Shown: positions 37,012 to 45,464 of the stretch, piece after piece
Layout of the letters: each line of letters starts with the position of its first letter
How positions within the stretch are numbered: position 1 is the first letter of the stretch
NCBI GenBank assembly: GCA_963741095.1
Contig: CAVUGN010000001.1
Span: 64,001 to 128,000, forward strand
Direction: 5' to 3'
Length of the DNA: 64,000 nt
Source of the DNA: an uncultured Candidatus Micrarchaeota archaeon
Lineage (GTDB): Archaea > Micrarchaeota > Micrarchaeia > Micrarchaeales > Micrarchaeaceae
Notes under the pieces: generated by a model
Databases searched by the model: none
What the model was told of the DNA's origin: nothing
Seen by the model: only the letters and a program-made list of their open reading frames with translations
Made by a program: the position numbers and the translations under genes

Positions 37012-37406
37012 AACTTTTCTTGGACTCTTCGGCACTCATAGATTTTTTTAATGGAGATACTTTGATACAAAATAGAATACACGCTGCAGACAAGATCTGC
37101 ACCAGCGTCGTATGTGCATACGAAGTTTTGATAGGCGAAAGATACAAGGAGTTGAAAGGCTTGAAGTCGTCTTATGATAAAGTTTCCCAGTTCTTTGATG
37201 AGATAGAGACTTTGCCTTTCACCTACTTAAATTCGATAAAGGCAGCTGAGCTGTCTGCTAAACTCGTATTGAAAGGGAAGAAAATGAATGGACTCGATGT
37301 AATTATAGCCGCTCAGGCAATAACAGAAAATGCTTGTTTGCTGACAAAGGATAGCGATTTTAAAGTTATACAGAAAACTGCCCCCGAGCTGGTTTTGGAT
37401 AGATAG
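37008..37406 (+). CDS. vapC: VapC PIN-domain toxin
   Basis: FLDSSALID, YEVLIG, DVIIAAQA, LLTKDSDF. Confidence 0.92.
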   Translation: MKLFLDSSALIDFFNGDTLIQNRIHAADKICTSVVCAYEVLIGERYKELKGLKSSYDKVSQFFDEIETLPFTYLNSIKAAELSAKLVLKGKKMNGLDVIIAAQAITENACLLTKDSDFKVIQKTAPELVLDR

Positions 37407-37490
37407 TAGTATACGGCAAAGATAAACTATTAATTTCGTTTCGAACAGTGGTTGCTTTCGCCTGAGATAAAAATCTTGAAGTAAGAGAGA

Positions 37491-38009
37491 TTACACTCTC
37501 CTTCCCCTTCTGCCTCCAGGCCTCCTTGTGGTGTCGGTCGGTATCGGAGTCACGTCCTCTATCCTGTTGACCCTCAATCCGCTTCTTGCCAAGACCCTGA
37601 CGACTGCCTGTGCTCCTGGACCTGGCGTCTTCGCGCTGTGTCCGCCTGGAGCCCTTATCTCTATGTTCACGTTCGTTACCCCCTTCTCCTTCGCTGCTGC
37701 TGCCACTTTGTATGCGGCCTGCATTGCGGCGTATGGGGATCCTTCCTGAGAATCAGCGTTGACCATCATGCCTCCGGATCCGACCGCTATGGTCTCGGAG
37801 CCGCTGAGGTCTGTAAGCGTAATTATTGTGTCGTTCTTCGATGAGTAGACATGCGCGACCGCCCATCTTTCAGCCTTGGGCTTTATTATCGCCTGTTCCA
37901 TGGCCTTTGCTTCGTATGACACTCGTTCCTTCTCCTTCTCCTGCTTGCCCTGTTGCACTTCAGGTTCCTTCTGTCCCTTCTTTGTTTTCTTTTGATCTGC
38001 CATTAACAC
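37491..38009 (-). CDS. rps11: 30S ribosomal protein S11 (uS11)
   Basis: [32 protein letters not shown]. Confidence 0.97.
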   Translation of the reverse strand: MLMADQKKTKKGQKEPEVQQGKQEKEKERVSYEAKAMEQAIIKPKAERWAVAHVYSSKNDTIITLTDLSGSETIAVGSGGMMVNADSQEGSPYAAMQAAYKVAAAAKEKGVTNVNIEIRAPGGHSAKTPGPGAQAVVRVLARSGLRVNRIEDVTPIPTDTTRRPGGRRGRRV

Positions 38010-38011
38010 AC

Positions 38012-38593
38012 CTACTTCTTTTCAACCGGCGCGGCCTTCTCGACCTTCGGCGCCTTCTCCGGCTCAGGAGCAGCCGTGACCTCGACGGTCTCGGTCGTCT
38101 CATTCTTTATCGGGGTTATGCTTATCGGCTTGTAATAACCGACGAACTTCTCTAATTGCGAATCGACTATGAATCCGGGCTTGTTGACCCTCTTCCCGTT
38201 TATGGATATGAAGCCGTGAACCGTGAGCTGCCTTGCCTGCTTTATGCTCCTTGCAAGGCCCTTCCTGAAGACAACGGTCTGCAGCCTCCTTTCTAGAAGC
38301 GAGCTCGGCTTGAGATCCAGGAGGTCGTCGACCGCCGCGTTGGAGTTTATGACTCCAAGCCTTGAGAGCCTTCCGACGATCTGGCTTTTGCCGTCCTCGT
38401 TCTGTGATGATCCTGAAAGAAGCTCTCTTGCGTTACCCCTTATCCGGCTTATCTCCGATTGGGTCTTCCACAGCTCCTTCATGTTCTTGAGGCCGTACTG
38501 CTCTATCAGTTCGGTATCGTTCTTTATCCTCTCTAAGTTCCACCGCTCCTTCGGCTTTTCGAACTTTGATCTGTTTCTTCTTGGTGCGCCCAT
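38012..38593 (-). CDS. rps4: 30S ribosomal protein S4 (uS4)
   Basis: [28 protein letters not shown]. Confidence 0.97.
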   Translation of the reverse strand: MGAPRRNRSKFEKPKERWNLERIKNDTELIEQYGLKNMKELWKTQSEISRIRGNARELLSGSSQNEDGKSQIVGRLSRLGVINSNAAVDDLLDLKPSSLLERRLQTVVFRKGLARSIKQARQLTVHGFISINGKRVNKPGFIVDSQLEKFVGYYKPISITPIKNETTETVEVTAAPEPEKAPKVEKAAPVEKK

Positions 38594-38597
38594 TCAA

Positions 38598-39221
38598 TCA
38601 CTTCGCTGGTGCTGCGGCCGGAGCAGCTGCTGCCCCGCCTGCCGCCGGCTTCTCCTTTGCCGGTGAGGCCCTCGACGCCTTCTGCGCGTCCTTGACTGCC
38701 TTCTTCGTGACTCCGACGGTCACTCCGGTTCTGCCGGTTGAACGTGTGTGCTGGCCCCTGACCCTTTGGCCGTACTGATGTCTCAGGCCTCTCCACACCT
38801 TGTTTGAAATATCACGGTTGACGTCCTGCCTTGTCACGAACAGGAGATCGTTTCCTGTGCTGTGCGTCGACAATCCCGTTTCCATGTTCTTGTTCCTGTT
38901 AAGCATGAAATTTGGCACTCCGTATTTTTCAGGCGACTTTATGACCTCTTCAAGCCTTGCCACCTGTTCCTCGCTAAGCGAGCCCACGTTCGTGCTCCTC
39001 TTTATCCCCAGCTTGGATTCTATGATTATTGAGAGGACCTGGGACATGTTGGACCCTAGGCCCTTGACCTCGTGCAGCGAGCGCTCTATCGAGAGGGCGC
39101 CGTTGACGTCCCTTCCGGACAGTCGGACTATCGAGGACACGTTCTGCGTGCTTACTTTCTTCTCCTGCTGAGGCTTGCTTTCCTTGTTCTCCTTGTTTTC
39201 TTTTTCTTTTACTTCCGCCAT
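38598..39221 (-). CDS. rps13: 30S ribosomal protein S13 (uS13)
   Basis: WRGLRHQYGQRVRGQHTRSTGR; start set at ATG 39221 because the upstream part of the ORF overlaps the tRNA. Confidence 0.96.
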   Translation of the reverse strand: MAEVKEKENKENKESKPQQEKKVSTQNVSSIVRLSGRDVNGALSIERSLHEVKGLGSNMSQVLSIIIESKLGIKRSTNVGSLSEEQVARLEEVIKSPEKYGVPNFMLNRNKNMETGLSTHSTGNDLLFVTRQDVNRDISNKVWRGLRHQYGQRVRGQHTRSTGRTGVTVGVTKKAVKDAQKASRASPAKEKPAAGGAAAAPAAAPAK

Positions 39222-39233
39222 GTTAGCACCACA

Positions 39234-39346
39234 CGCCAGGGCTGGGATATTCAGCATTTGCCTTTGAACCCAGAAGGCTCCGAAGAGCCATACGCTTGCG
39301 GGAATCATTTCCAGGCGTACGCGTTACCTGATTCCGCCACCCTGGC
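39234..39346 (-). tRNA. tRNA-Ser(GGA) with two introns (37/38: 39297-39308; 59/60: 39248-39262)
   Basis: GCCAGGG/CCCTGGC acceptor stem, TACGC/GCGTA anticodon stem, long variable arm, CTGGG/CCCAG T stem; 86 nt after splicing. Confidence 0.92.
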
Positions 39347-39532
39347 ACATTTAGGATTTAACGCACTCCTATTTAGGCTTTGCTAAACGTGTTCATATAT
39401 GGGGTACAGCATCTATTTAATGCTAACCCCCGATTTGAATTCCCTTAGGAAACGGGCGCATGAATGAGGCAATCCGTCAATTGTCGTACAGCCAGTAAGC
39501 AATAAATATCTGGAAAGGGGGAGTATATCTTT

Positions 39533-40630
39533 ATGGTACAGGCATTCAAAGAAAGCGTGAACCCTTCGCAGGATAAGTCTAACCCGCAGGGATTTATCAG
39601 GTCAGATAATCAGGGCAAGAATGATAGCACTGTTAAAGCAGAGCGGAAGCAATCCTCTGATGATGGAAGAAAAGCGTTCATAAACTGGGGTTATGCGGGC
39701 ATCGTTAACAGCTGTACCGAAGTAAGCGGAGTTGACAGGCTGATCGGGAACCTTTGGAGGATGCACGAGCTTACGGGGGCCGCGATACCGGTGGATCTGC
39801 ACGAGAAGGTGCTTGACTGGATTGCAGGGTGCCCGGCGGATTGCACATTGAAGATGTTGGAGGCATACCTGCAAGTGGGAAAACCAAATTTCACGCAGGC
39901 GGATGCCGATAAGTTTTACGCAAGGATAATGTATCATGAAAACAACGGTGTCATTATGAGTTCCCCTGGGAATTTTAAGAAGTTATACCGGCTTTACGAG
40001 ATGACTGGGATCAAGAGCAGTAACGATTCTGACATGAGAAGGGCTTACGCCAGGCAGAAGAGTTTAGACTGCTATCCTGACCTGATCGACTACTTCCTGA
40101 ACAAGAAAGACAAGAACGAGGTAGTTTCTTTCCTCGAAAAGGTGAGGCTGCCGGTGCACGGTGTCGTTGCGATAAAAATTGAGTTTGGGATGCCGGTTTC
40201 TAAGGACGAGGTGAAGCAGGCATACGAGTACGTTATGAACCTCCGCAAAGCCAACGGCAAGGTTGACAGGCTGGGTGGCATCATCCTCGGATTGAAGAGC
40301 AATCCAGTGCTGGAATCTCTCAAGCAGGATCTTGAGAGGGTTGTCGATCGGGTGAACGACATGAACAAAAGAACACTCTTCAAAGAGGATGCGAATGAGG
40401 CAAAAGAGGTATTCGAAGCGATAAACAAAGTGATGGATGGCGTCTCAAAGCTGGGTTTGGTGGATTTGAAGGGTTTACGCGAGATGCGTAAGAAGATCTA
40501 TGACATGCAGGAGACTTTCCTTGGATCTTTCTATCATTCTTCCACCCCGATCGAAGGACAAAGACAGTGTTTGATGCTGCAGAAATTGCTGAAGGACGAA
40601 ATAGCCCCGACGATGCAGAATGCGACTTAA
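39533..40630 (+). CDS. Hypothetical protein (helical, lineage-specific)
   Basis: 365-aa ORF, no recognised motif. Confidence 0.65.
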   Translation: MVQAFKESVNPSQDKSNPQGFIRSDNQGKNDSTVKAERKQSSDDGRKAFINWGYAGIVNSCTEVSGVDRLIGNLWRMHELTGAAIPVDLHEKVLDWIAGCPADCTLKMLEAYLQVGKPNFTQADADKFYARIMYHENNGVIMSSPGNFKKLYRLYEMTGIKSSNDSDMRRAYARQKSLDCYPDLIDYFLNKKDKNEVVSFLEKVRLPVHGVVAIKIEFGMPVSKDEVKQAYEYVMNLRKANGKVDRLGGIILGLKSNPVLESLKQDLERVVDRVNDMNKRTLFKEDANEAKEVFEAINKVMDGVSKLGLVDLKGLREMRKKIYDMQETFLGSFYHSSTPIEGQRQCLMLQKLLKDEIAPTMQNAT

Positions 40631-40711
40631 TCCAGTTAGCTTGGGTAGGGTAAAAGTAATGGACGCACGATTACTGGGACAGGAGGTGGAAATGATCGTG
40701 CACACCGACAT

Positions 40712-41356
40712 CTACAGGGAGATCAAAAGTTGGGCAAGAAGGGCAGCGCACAACGGGATAGTTAAATTGTCATAATAGTATTTCGCAGGTAGAGATTCTA
40801 TAAGCGCGGATACTGAGGCGATTACGAGGGAGATCCCGAGCAACGTGGGAATTGATGTTATACTGAATGCGAGTACAAAGGCCGTCACGACAAAACTCAC
40901 TATCACAAAAGCGGCGGTGCCCTCCCAGTGCTTTCTTTTATTATAGAATATGGCATGATTCGGGAATGTTTTGCCGAAGATAGAAGCTGCCGAGTCGCCA
41001 TAGGAAAGAACCATTATCCCCACAAGGGCACAAGGTAGTTTAAGAAATGAGACTACGATCAAACCTGAAAGACAGATAAACACACCGCCCATCATAGTTT
41101 TGTTCTTCAACTCATACTCATTTGCCATTATTTTATACGCTCTTGAAGAGAAAGGAATGTTCCAGTTTCTTCCGGTCCTGAGGGAAAATTCAAGCAGAAC
41201 AAAGAGGATTAAGAAAATAGAATAAAGTCCGATACCTATGGCTCGGGCCAACAACGCATTGGGGATACCTAGGATAACTAGAGGGGCAATCGTTCCCGTT
41301 ATGAGTGCGTGAATGCACTTTCGTTTTATTTCCAATATCACTTCGGAACTAGGCAT
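40712..41356 (-). CDS. CTP-dependent polyprenol/diacylglycerol kinase family membrane protein (SEC59/DGK1/VTE5-like)
   Basis: EIKRKCIH, LSYGDSAASIFGK, KHWEGTAAF, IESL..DNLTIPL. Confidence 0.85.
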   Translation of the reverse strand: MPSSEVILEIKRKCIHALITGTIAPLVILGIPNALLARAIGIGLYSIFLILFVLLEFSLRTGRNWNIPFSSRAYKIMANEYELKNKTMMGGVFICLSGLIVVSFLKLPCALVGIMVLSYGDSAASIFGKTFPNHAIFYNKRKHWEGTAAFVIVSFVVTAFVLAFSITSIPTLLGISLVIASVSALIESLPAKYYYDNLTIPLCAALLAQLLISL

Positions 41357-41859
41357 CAGTAAGGAACCTCTTTCAGACCGATTTTATGGTCTATAATGTT
41401 GGAAAGACGGTGGAGCGGCGGCGTCAAGACCAAGATTATGATAAGCCCGACGAGCGTAGGCGTTTCAACTGCCGCGGAGAAAACAAGTGCCCCCACCACA
41501 AAGTCCAACTGGTCAAACGGAAACCAAGATTTTCCCGGGGGTATTCCGCGCTGCCTCTTGAAAAAAGACTTCACGGCGTCTCCCGTCATGGCACCAAATC
41601 CCAGAAGCACGCCCAACAGTAACCCCTCGGGCTTGCCAAAAACAAACTGCTGCAGACCACCAAGAAGGGATCCGCACAACGCACCACCTACAAAACCCCT
41701 GACTGTTTTAGAGGGACCGAAGATTGGCTTGCCCCCGAAAGTCCGCCCGAAGTCCAAAGGCGTTTTTCCCCTCAATCTGAACCATACGGGGCTTATGGTG
41801 GCGAAATATGCCGGAACAATGAACCACATGGCACCTAGAAACTCCGTTAGAAGGTTCAT
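41356..41859 (-). CDS. carS: CDP-archaeol synthase (copy 2)
   Basis: PAYFAT..P, PLDFG, IFGPSKTVRG, GDAVKSFFKRQ, PFDQLDF. Confidence 0.88.
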   Translation of the reverse strand: MNLLTEFLGAMWFIVPAYFATISPVWFRLRGKTPLDFGRTFGGKPIFGPSKTVRGFVGGALCGSLLGGLQQFVFGKPEGLLLGVLLGFGAMTGDAVKSFFKRQRGIPPGKSWFPFDQLDFVVGALVFSAAVETPTLVGLIIILVLTPPLHRLSNIIDHKIGLKEVPY

Positions 41860-41863
41860 AGAG

Positions 41864-42469
41864 TCACGTCTCTTTCACGGTTTTGAAGAACAGGCTTAGG
41901 GATTTGGCAAGAGAAAGCGGCATCAATACGAAGGCGGCAATTAGGAATGCAACATTTATCGGATAAAGTCCAAGAATATAGGAGACCTCCATCGCGAAGA
42001 ATACAACGAACGTGGCTTTCCCAAACACTGTGGGGGGCACAAATCTCAAACCCCTCGCCTTGAGGTATACGTTGTACGTGGTCATGACCACCTCCCGGCT
42101 CACAATAAGAACTAGCCCCCACCAAGGAAAGACCCCTATTACAAACAAGCTCCCCAACAAGGCAATAAGATTAAGTCTGTCTGCCGCAAAATCGATCATT
42201 CGACCAAACTCGCTTGCCTGTTTGAGAAACCGCGCTATTCTGCCATCCGCTACATCCGTGCAGAAAGAAACCGTAACTAAAATTGCCGCGGCCACCATAT
42301 TTCGGGTCAAAATCGTGTACACTATTGGTGCCACAAGCACCATTCTTGAGAAACTGAGCAAGTTTGGCAGAGTGAGATACTTGGTTTTTCCCTTAGGGGA
42401 ATCATGGTTGCCTCTTATCCTAGCAATTTTTCTAGTCAATGCCCCCCCTACGCTTGATCTAAAACACAC
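41864..42469 (-). CDS. CDP-alcohol phosphatidyltransferase (PgsA-like)
   Basis: TLPNLLSFSR, TDVADGRIAR...SEFGRMIDFAADR. Confidence 0.9.
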   Translation of the reverse strand: MCFRSSVGGALTRKIARIRGNHDSPKGKTKYLTLPNLLSFSRMVLVAPIVYTILTRNMVAAAILVTVSFCTDVADGRIARFLKQASEFGRMIDFAADRLNLIALLGSLFVIGVFPWWGLVLIVSREVVMTTYNVYLKARGLRFVPPTVFGKATFVVFFAMEVSYILGLYPINVAFLIAAFVLMPLSLAKSLSLFFKTVKET

Positions 42470-42522
42470 CTGTTTTTCTCCTTTTCGAAATATTAAACAA
42501 TTTACTTATGCGAAACACACTG

Positions 42523-42550
42523 CGGGCCCGGTGGGATTTGAACCCACGAC
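42523..42550 (-). repeat. Duplicated tRNA 3' end (T arm + acceptor strand), att-like
   Basis: GTCGTGGGTTCAAATCCCACCGGGCCCG versus the tRNA-Lys copy GTCGTGGGTCCGAATCCCACCGGGCCCG (26/28). Confidence 0.8.
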
Positions 42551-42682
42551 CTTCACCTCTCTTCCAAGCAAATTCTCTCGTCTTTTTGAGCTTTCCATAG
42601 CAACCCCGAACCCGCCTTTTGGCACGATCTTCTTCTGCTTGATCCTTAGAATCGAACCCGGCTTTGTCGTCGTAAAATACGC

Positions 42683-42757
42683 CGGGCCCGGTGGGATTCG
42701 GACCCACGACATACGGATTAAAAGTCCGCCACTCTAGCCTGACTGAGTTACGGGCCC
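42683..42757 (-). tRNA. tRNA-Lys(TTT)
   Basis: GGGCCCG/CGGGCCC acceptor stem, GCGGA-CTTTTAA-TCCGT anticodon arm; T loop TCCGAAT. Confidence 0.93.
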
Positions 42758-42849
42758 CGTTAATTAATGTGCTCATCAATTTATATAATAATTGCCCTGC
42801 TACGGACCGCTATTAAAAAAAGCCTTCTCTACGTTATTGTTGGGATAGT

Positions 42850-43713
42850 ATGCTGCCAGAATGGCTTGCGATAAAGCCCGCAACAACCAAAAGGTATGAC
42901 GAGATAAGGCGGTCGATGCTCTCCTCTGGAACTTGCACGGTCTGCGTCGAGGCGCACTGCCCGAACATGTCCGAGTGCTGGAGCGCCGGAACTGCTACGT
43001 TCATGATCCTGGGCGATACCTGCACGAGAGGCTGCAGGTTCTGCAACGTTAAAAGGGGCGCTTCGGGCGCACAGGTGGACGAATCAGAGCCGGAGAAGCT
43101 CGCGGGCATGATAAAGAGGTGGAAGCTTAGTTACATTGTACTGACATCGGTCTGCAGGGACGACCTTGCGGATCAGGGAGCTTCGCATTTTGCCGCCTGC
43201 ATCGAAAAAATCCGATTGGAGAATCCGAAAACGGTTATCGAGGTACTCATACCCGATTTTAGGGGCGACGTTTCGTGTTTGCAGAGGGTAGTCGATGCAC
43301 GCCCTGACGTGATAGGGCATAACATCGAAACAGTTGAACGGCTTACTCCAACGGTGAGGGACAGACGAGCAAGCTATTCGCAGTCGATTGAGGTTCTGCG
43401 CAAATCGAAGCTGCTTGACAAGAGAATCTACACGAAATCTGCGATGATGCTGGGATTGGGCGAGACGGATGATGAGATCATATCCGCGTTCGGGGATCTC
43501 AGAGAAGCCGGAGTCGATTTCTTTGCGGTTGGTCAGTATCTCAGGCCGTCCGTTCGCAACATTGAGGTAAAGGAGTACATCAGGCCCGAAAAGTTTGAGG
43601 AATTGAGGGAGAAGGCGCTGCAATCTGGATTCGTTTACGTCGCATCAGGGCCGTTCGTCAGAAGTTCTTACAGGGCAGGGGAATATTTCGTAAAATCCCT
43701 TGTTAAGAGGTAA
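42850..43713 (+). CDS. lipA: Lipoyl synthase
   Basis: CVEAHCPNMSECW, CTRGCRFC, RSSYRA. Confidence 0.97.
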   Translation: MLPEWLAIKPATTKRYDEIRRSMLSSGTCTVCVEAHCPNMSECWSAGTATFMILGDTCTRGCRFCNVKRGASGAQVDESEPEKLAGMIKRWKLSYIVLTSVCRDDLADQGASHFAACIEKIRLENPKTVIEVLIPDFRGDVSCLQRVVDARPDVIGHNIETVERLTPTVRDRRASYSQSIEVLRKSKLLDKRIYTKSAMMLGLGETDDEIISAFGDLREAGVDFFAVGQYLRPSVRNIEVKEYIRPEKFEELREKALQSGFVYVASGPFVRSSYRAGEYFVKSLVKR

Positions 43714-44460
43714 TCATCTGCTGAAATTCCACGCTTCTGTGCCGTAGACCGTCTTTGCCAGTTCCTCTGCCCTCCTTGATTCTTCGCTGCTCAATGTTCC
43801 GAATCCGAAATCCTTGCCAGAAGTGAATCCCTTTACAAGCGCGTTGTAGAGCTCGTTTATCGAGACGTCTGAATTCTTTTTTACCGATGTGACGCGCTCC
43901 TCTGCGCTCTTTATCATCCTGTCTGACAGCTTTTCTGCGCTGACGTTGAGGACGGAGAACATCTTTTTCAGGTCGGTGTCGTAGAGCACCGTGCCGTGCT
44001 GCAGCAGCACGCCCTGTTTCCTTGTCTGCGCGTTGCCGGATATTTTTTTCCCGTTGACGGTTATGTCGTTTATCGGCTCGAAGCTTGCATCCAATCCGAT
44101 CTCCTTCAGGCCGGATATTATCCAGCCGCATACGAACCTGTAGCTTTCTCTTATTCCTTGCGGGAAGAGCTGCAGCGGCGCAATCACGCTGTAGGTTATT
44201 TCTCCGTTGAAGTCGTGGAAGACCGCTCCGCCGCCAGTTATCCTTCTTATGCAATCGATTCCGAGAGCTTTGCACCTCTGCACGTTAACCTCTTTGGCCA
44301 TGCTCTGGAAGGTGCCGATCGATACCGCGCTGGGATCCCATCTGTAAAAACGTATCGTTGGCGCCGCTTTTTTGTCGCGCACCGCCTCCATTATCGACTC
44401 GTCGATGCCCATGTTCATGCGGGCGTCATGAGCTTCAAGCCCGATTATTCTCCACTGCGT
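43714..44460 (-). CDS. lplA: Lipoate-protein ligase catalytic subunit (N-terminus extends upstream of ATG 44418)
   Basis: QWRII..D...NMGIDE, RRITGGGAVFHD, KKISGNAQ, LLQHGTVL. Confidence 0.92.
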   Translation of the reverse strand, partial: TQWRIIGLEAHDARMNMGIDESIMEAVRDKKAAPTIRFYRWDPSAVSIGTFQSMAKEVNVQRCKALGIDCIRRITGGGAVFHDFNGEITYSVIAPLQLFPQGIRESYRFVCGWIISGLKEIGLDASFEPINDITVNGKKISGNAQTRKQGVLLQHGTVLYDTDLKKMFSVLNVSAEKLSDRMIKSAEERVTSVKKNSDVSINELYNALVKGFTSGKDFGFGTLSSEESRRAEELAKTVYGTEAWNFSR

Positions 44461-44744
44461 TTTCTCACCGCGATGCCTATCGTTTCTGCTATCGCCTCTG
44501 GCGTTACGCCTATCAGTTCGGCCTTTTCTGCCGCGATAACTCCGTTCAGCACTGCCACCATCTCTTTGCCGCTCGAATCCGCATTCATGCCGATCAGCGC
44601 CTTCTCCATCTTGTACAAGGATTCCTCTGGATGGATGAAAAAGTCGCCCAGTATCCTGATGCTCCTTATGCGGTCGTCGTATTCTATGCTTACTCCGACA
44701 AGCTTGCCGCCTTTTATCTTCTGTTCAGCAAATGCCTTCATCAA
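44445..44744 (-). CDS. lplB: Lipoate-protein ligase accessory (C-terminal domain) subunit
   Basis: KIKGGKLV, GDFFIHPEE..EKALIG. Confidence 0.88.
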   Translation of the reverse strand: MMKAFAEQKIKGGKLVGVSIEYDDRIRSIRILGDFFIHPEESLYKMEKALIGMNADSSGKEMVAVLNGVIAAEKAELIGVTPEAIAETIGIAVRKRSGE

Positions 44745-44759
44745 GAACGCCTTCCAAGT

Positions 44760-45464
44760 TTAGAGTTTGAACGACGGAAACGGCTCTGCCAGATTTATCA
44801 CGCGGACGTACATGTGGGATTTGCCGCTGAATGAGTTAGACGTCTCGACCTGGCCGGTGAGGTAGTTGTAGCTGATGGAGTTAAACACTCTCTTCTGGTC
44901 GACCTTTGCAAAGGCAAGGAATCTTGCCTCGCCGTCATGGAAGATCTCGTACGAACCTATGAAATGCTCTCCCTTGTAGAAGAAGCCGTAGACCTTCGGC
45001 GCACCACTGTCATCACCCATCCCGCTTAGCAGCACCTTTATCAGCGATGCGAAATCCTTTACCGGCAGCAGTTTTATCTCCGGCTTTGCGCTGTTCTTCG
45101 CGCCGTAGGGGCTCTTCATGAACTCTATTATCGGTATCTTGTAAAGCCTCAGGTCCGGGGCCTCGGCGTTTATGTCGTCCTTCATCTCCGCGCCCTCCTC
45201 CCTTACGGATTCTTCTCCAGGGCTGTAGACGCAGAACTTGCCGATGCTGTTTGAGTCGCAGTAGTAGAGCAGGCGCACCTCGCCGACCTTCTCACCCATG
45301 GTGAACAGATGGTATAACTTGTTCTCCTTCACTGCGTTTATGGGGCTCACGGAGCCAGTGAAGTCGCAGACGTTCCTTGCAAGATCAAGGATGGAGTTGA
45401 GCTTTATGTAGCATGCTGCCGTCTCGCCTCCGGCCTTGCCTTTTTTCTTTGGCATTGCACTCAT
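44760..45464 (-). CDS. Hypothetical protein
   Basis: 234-aa ORF in an operon-like run. Confidence 0.65.
   Translation of the reverse strand: MSAMPKKKGKAGGETAACYIKLNSILDLARNVCDFTGSVSPINAVKENKLYHLFTMGEKVGEVRLLYYCDSNSIGKFCVYSPGEESVREEGAEMKDDINAEAPDLRLYKIPIIEFMKSPYGAKNSAKPEIKLLPVKDFASLIKVLLSGMGDDSGAPKVYGFFYKGEHFIGSYEIFHDGEARFLAFAKVDQKRVFNSISYNYLTGQVETSNSFSGKSHMYVRVINLAEPFPSFKL

Noticed and set aside
39222-39308. N-terminal extension of rps13
   Set aside because: Falls within tRNA-Ser.
42459-42779. ORFs over the tRNA-Lys region, and a second complete tRNA at 42523
   Set aside because: The ORFs overlap the tRNA; the 42523 copy has no D arm, anticodon arm or 5' acceptor strand.
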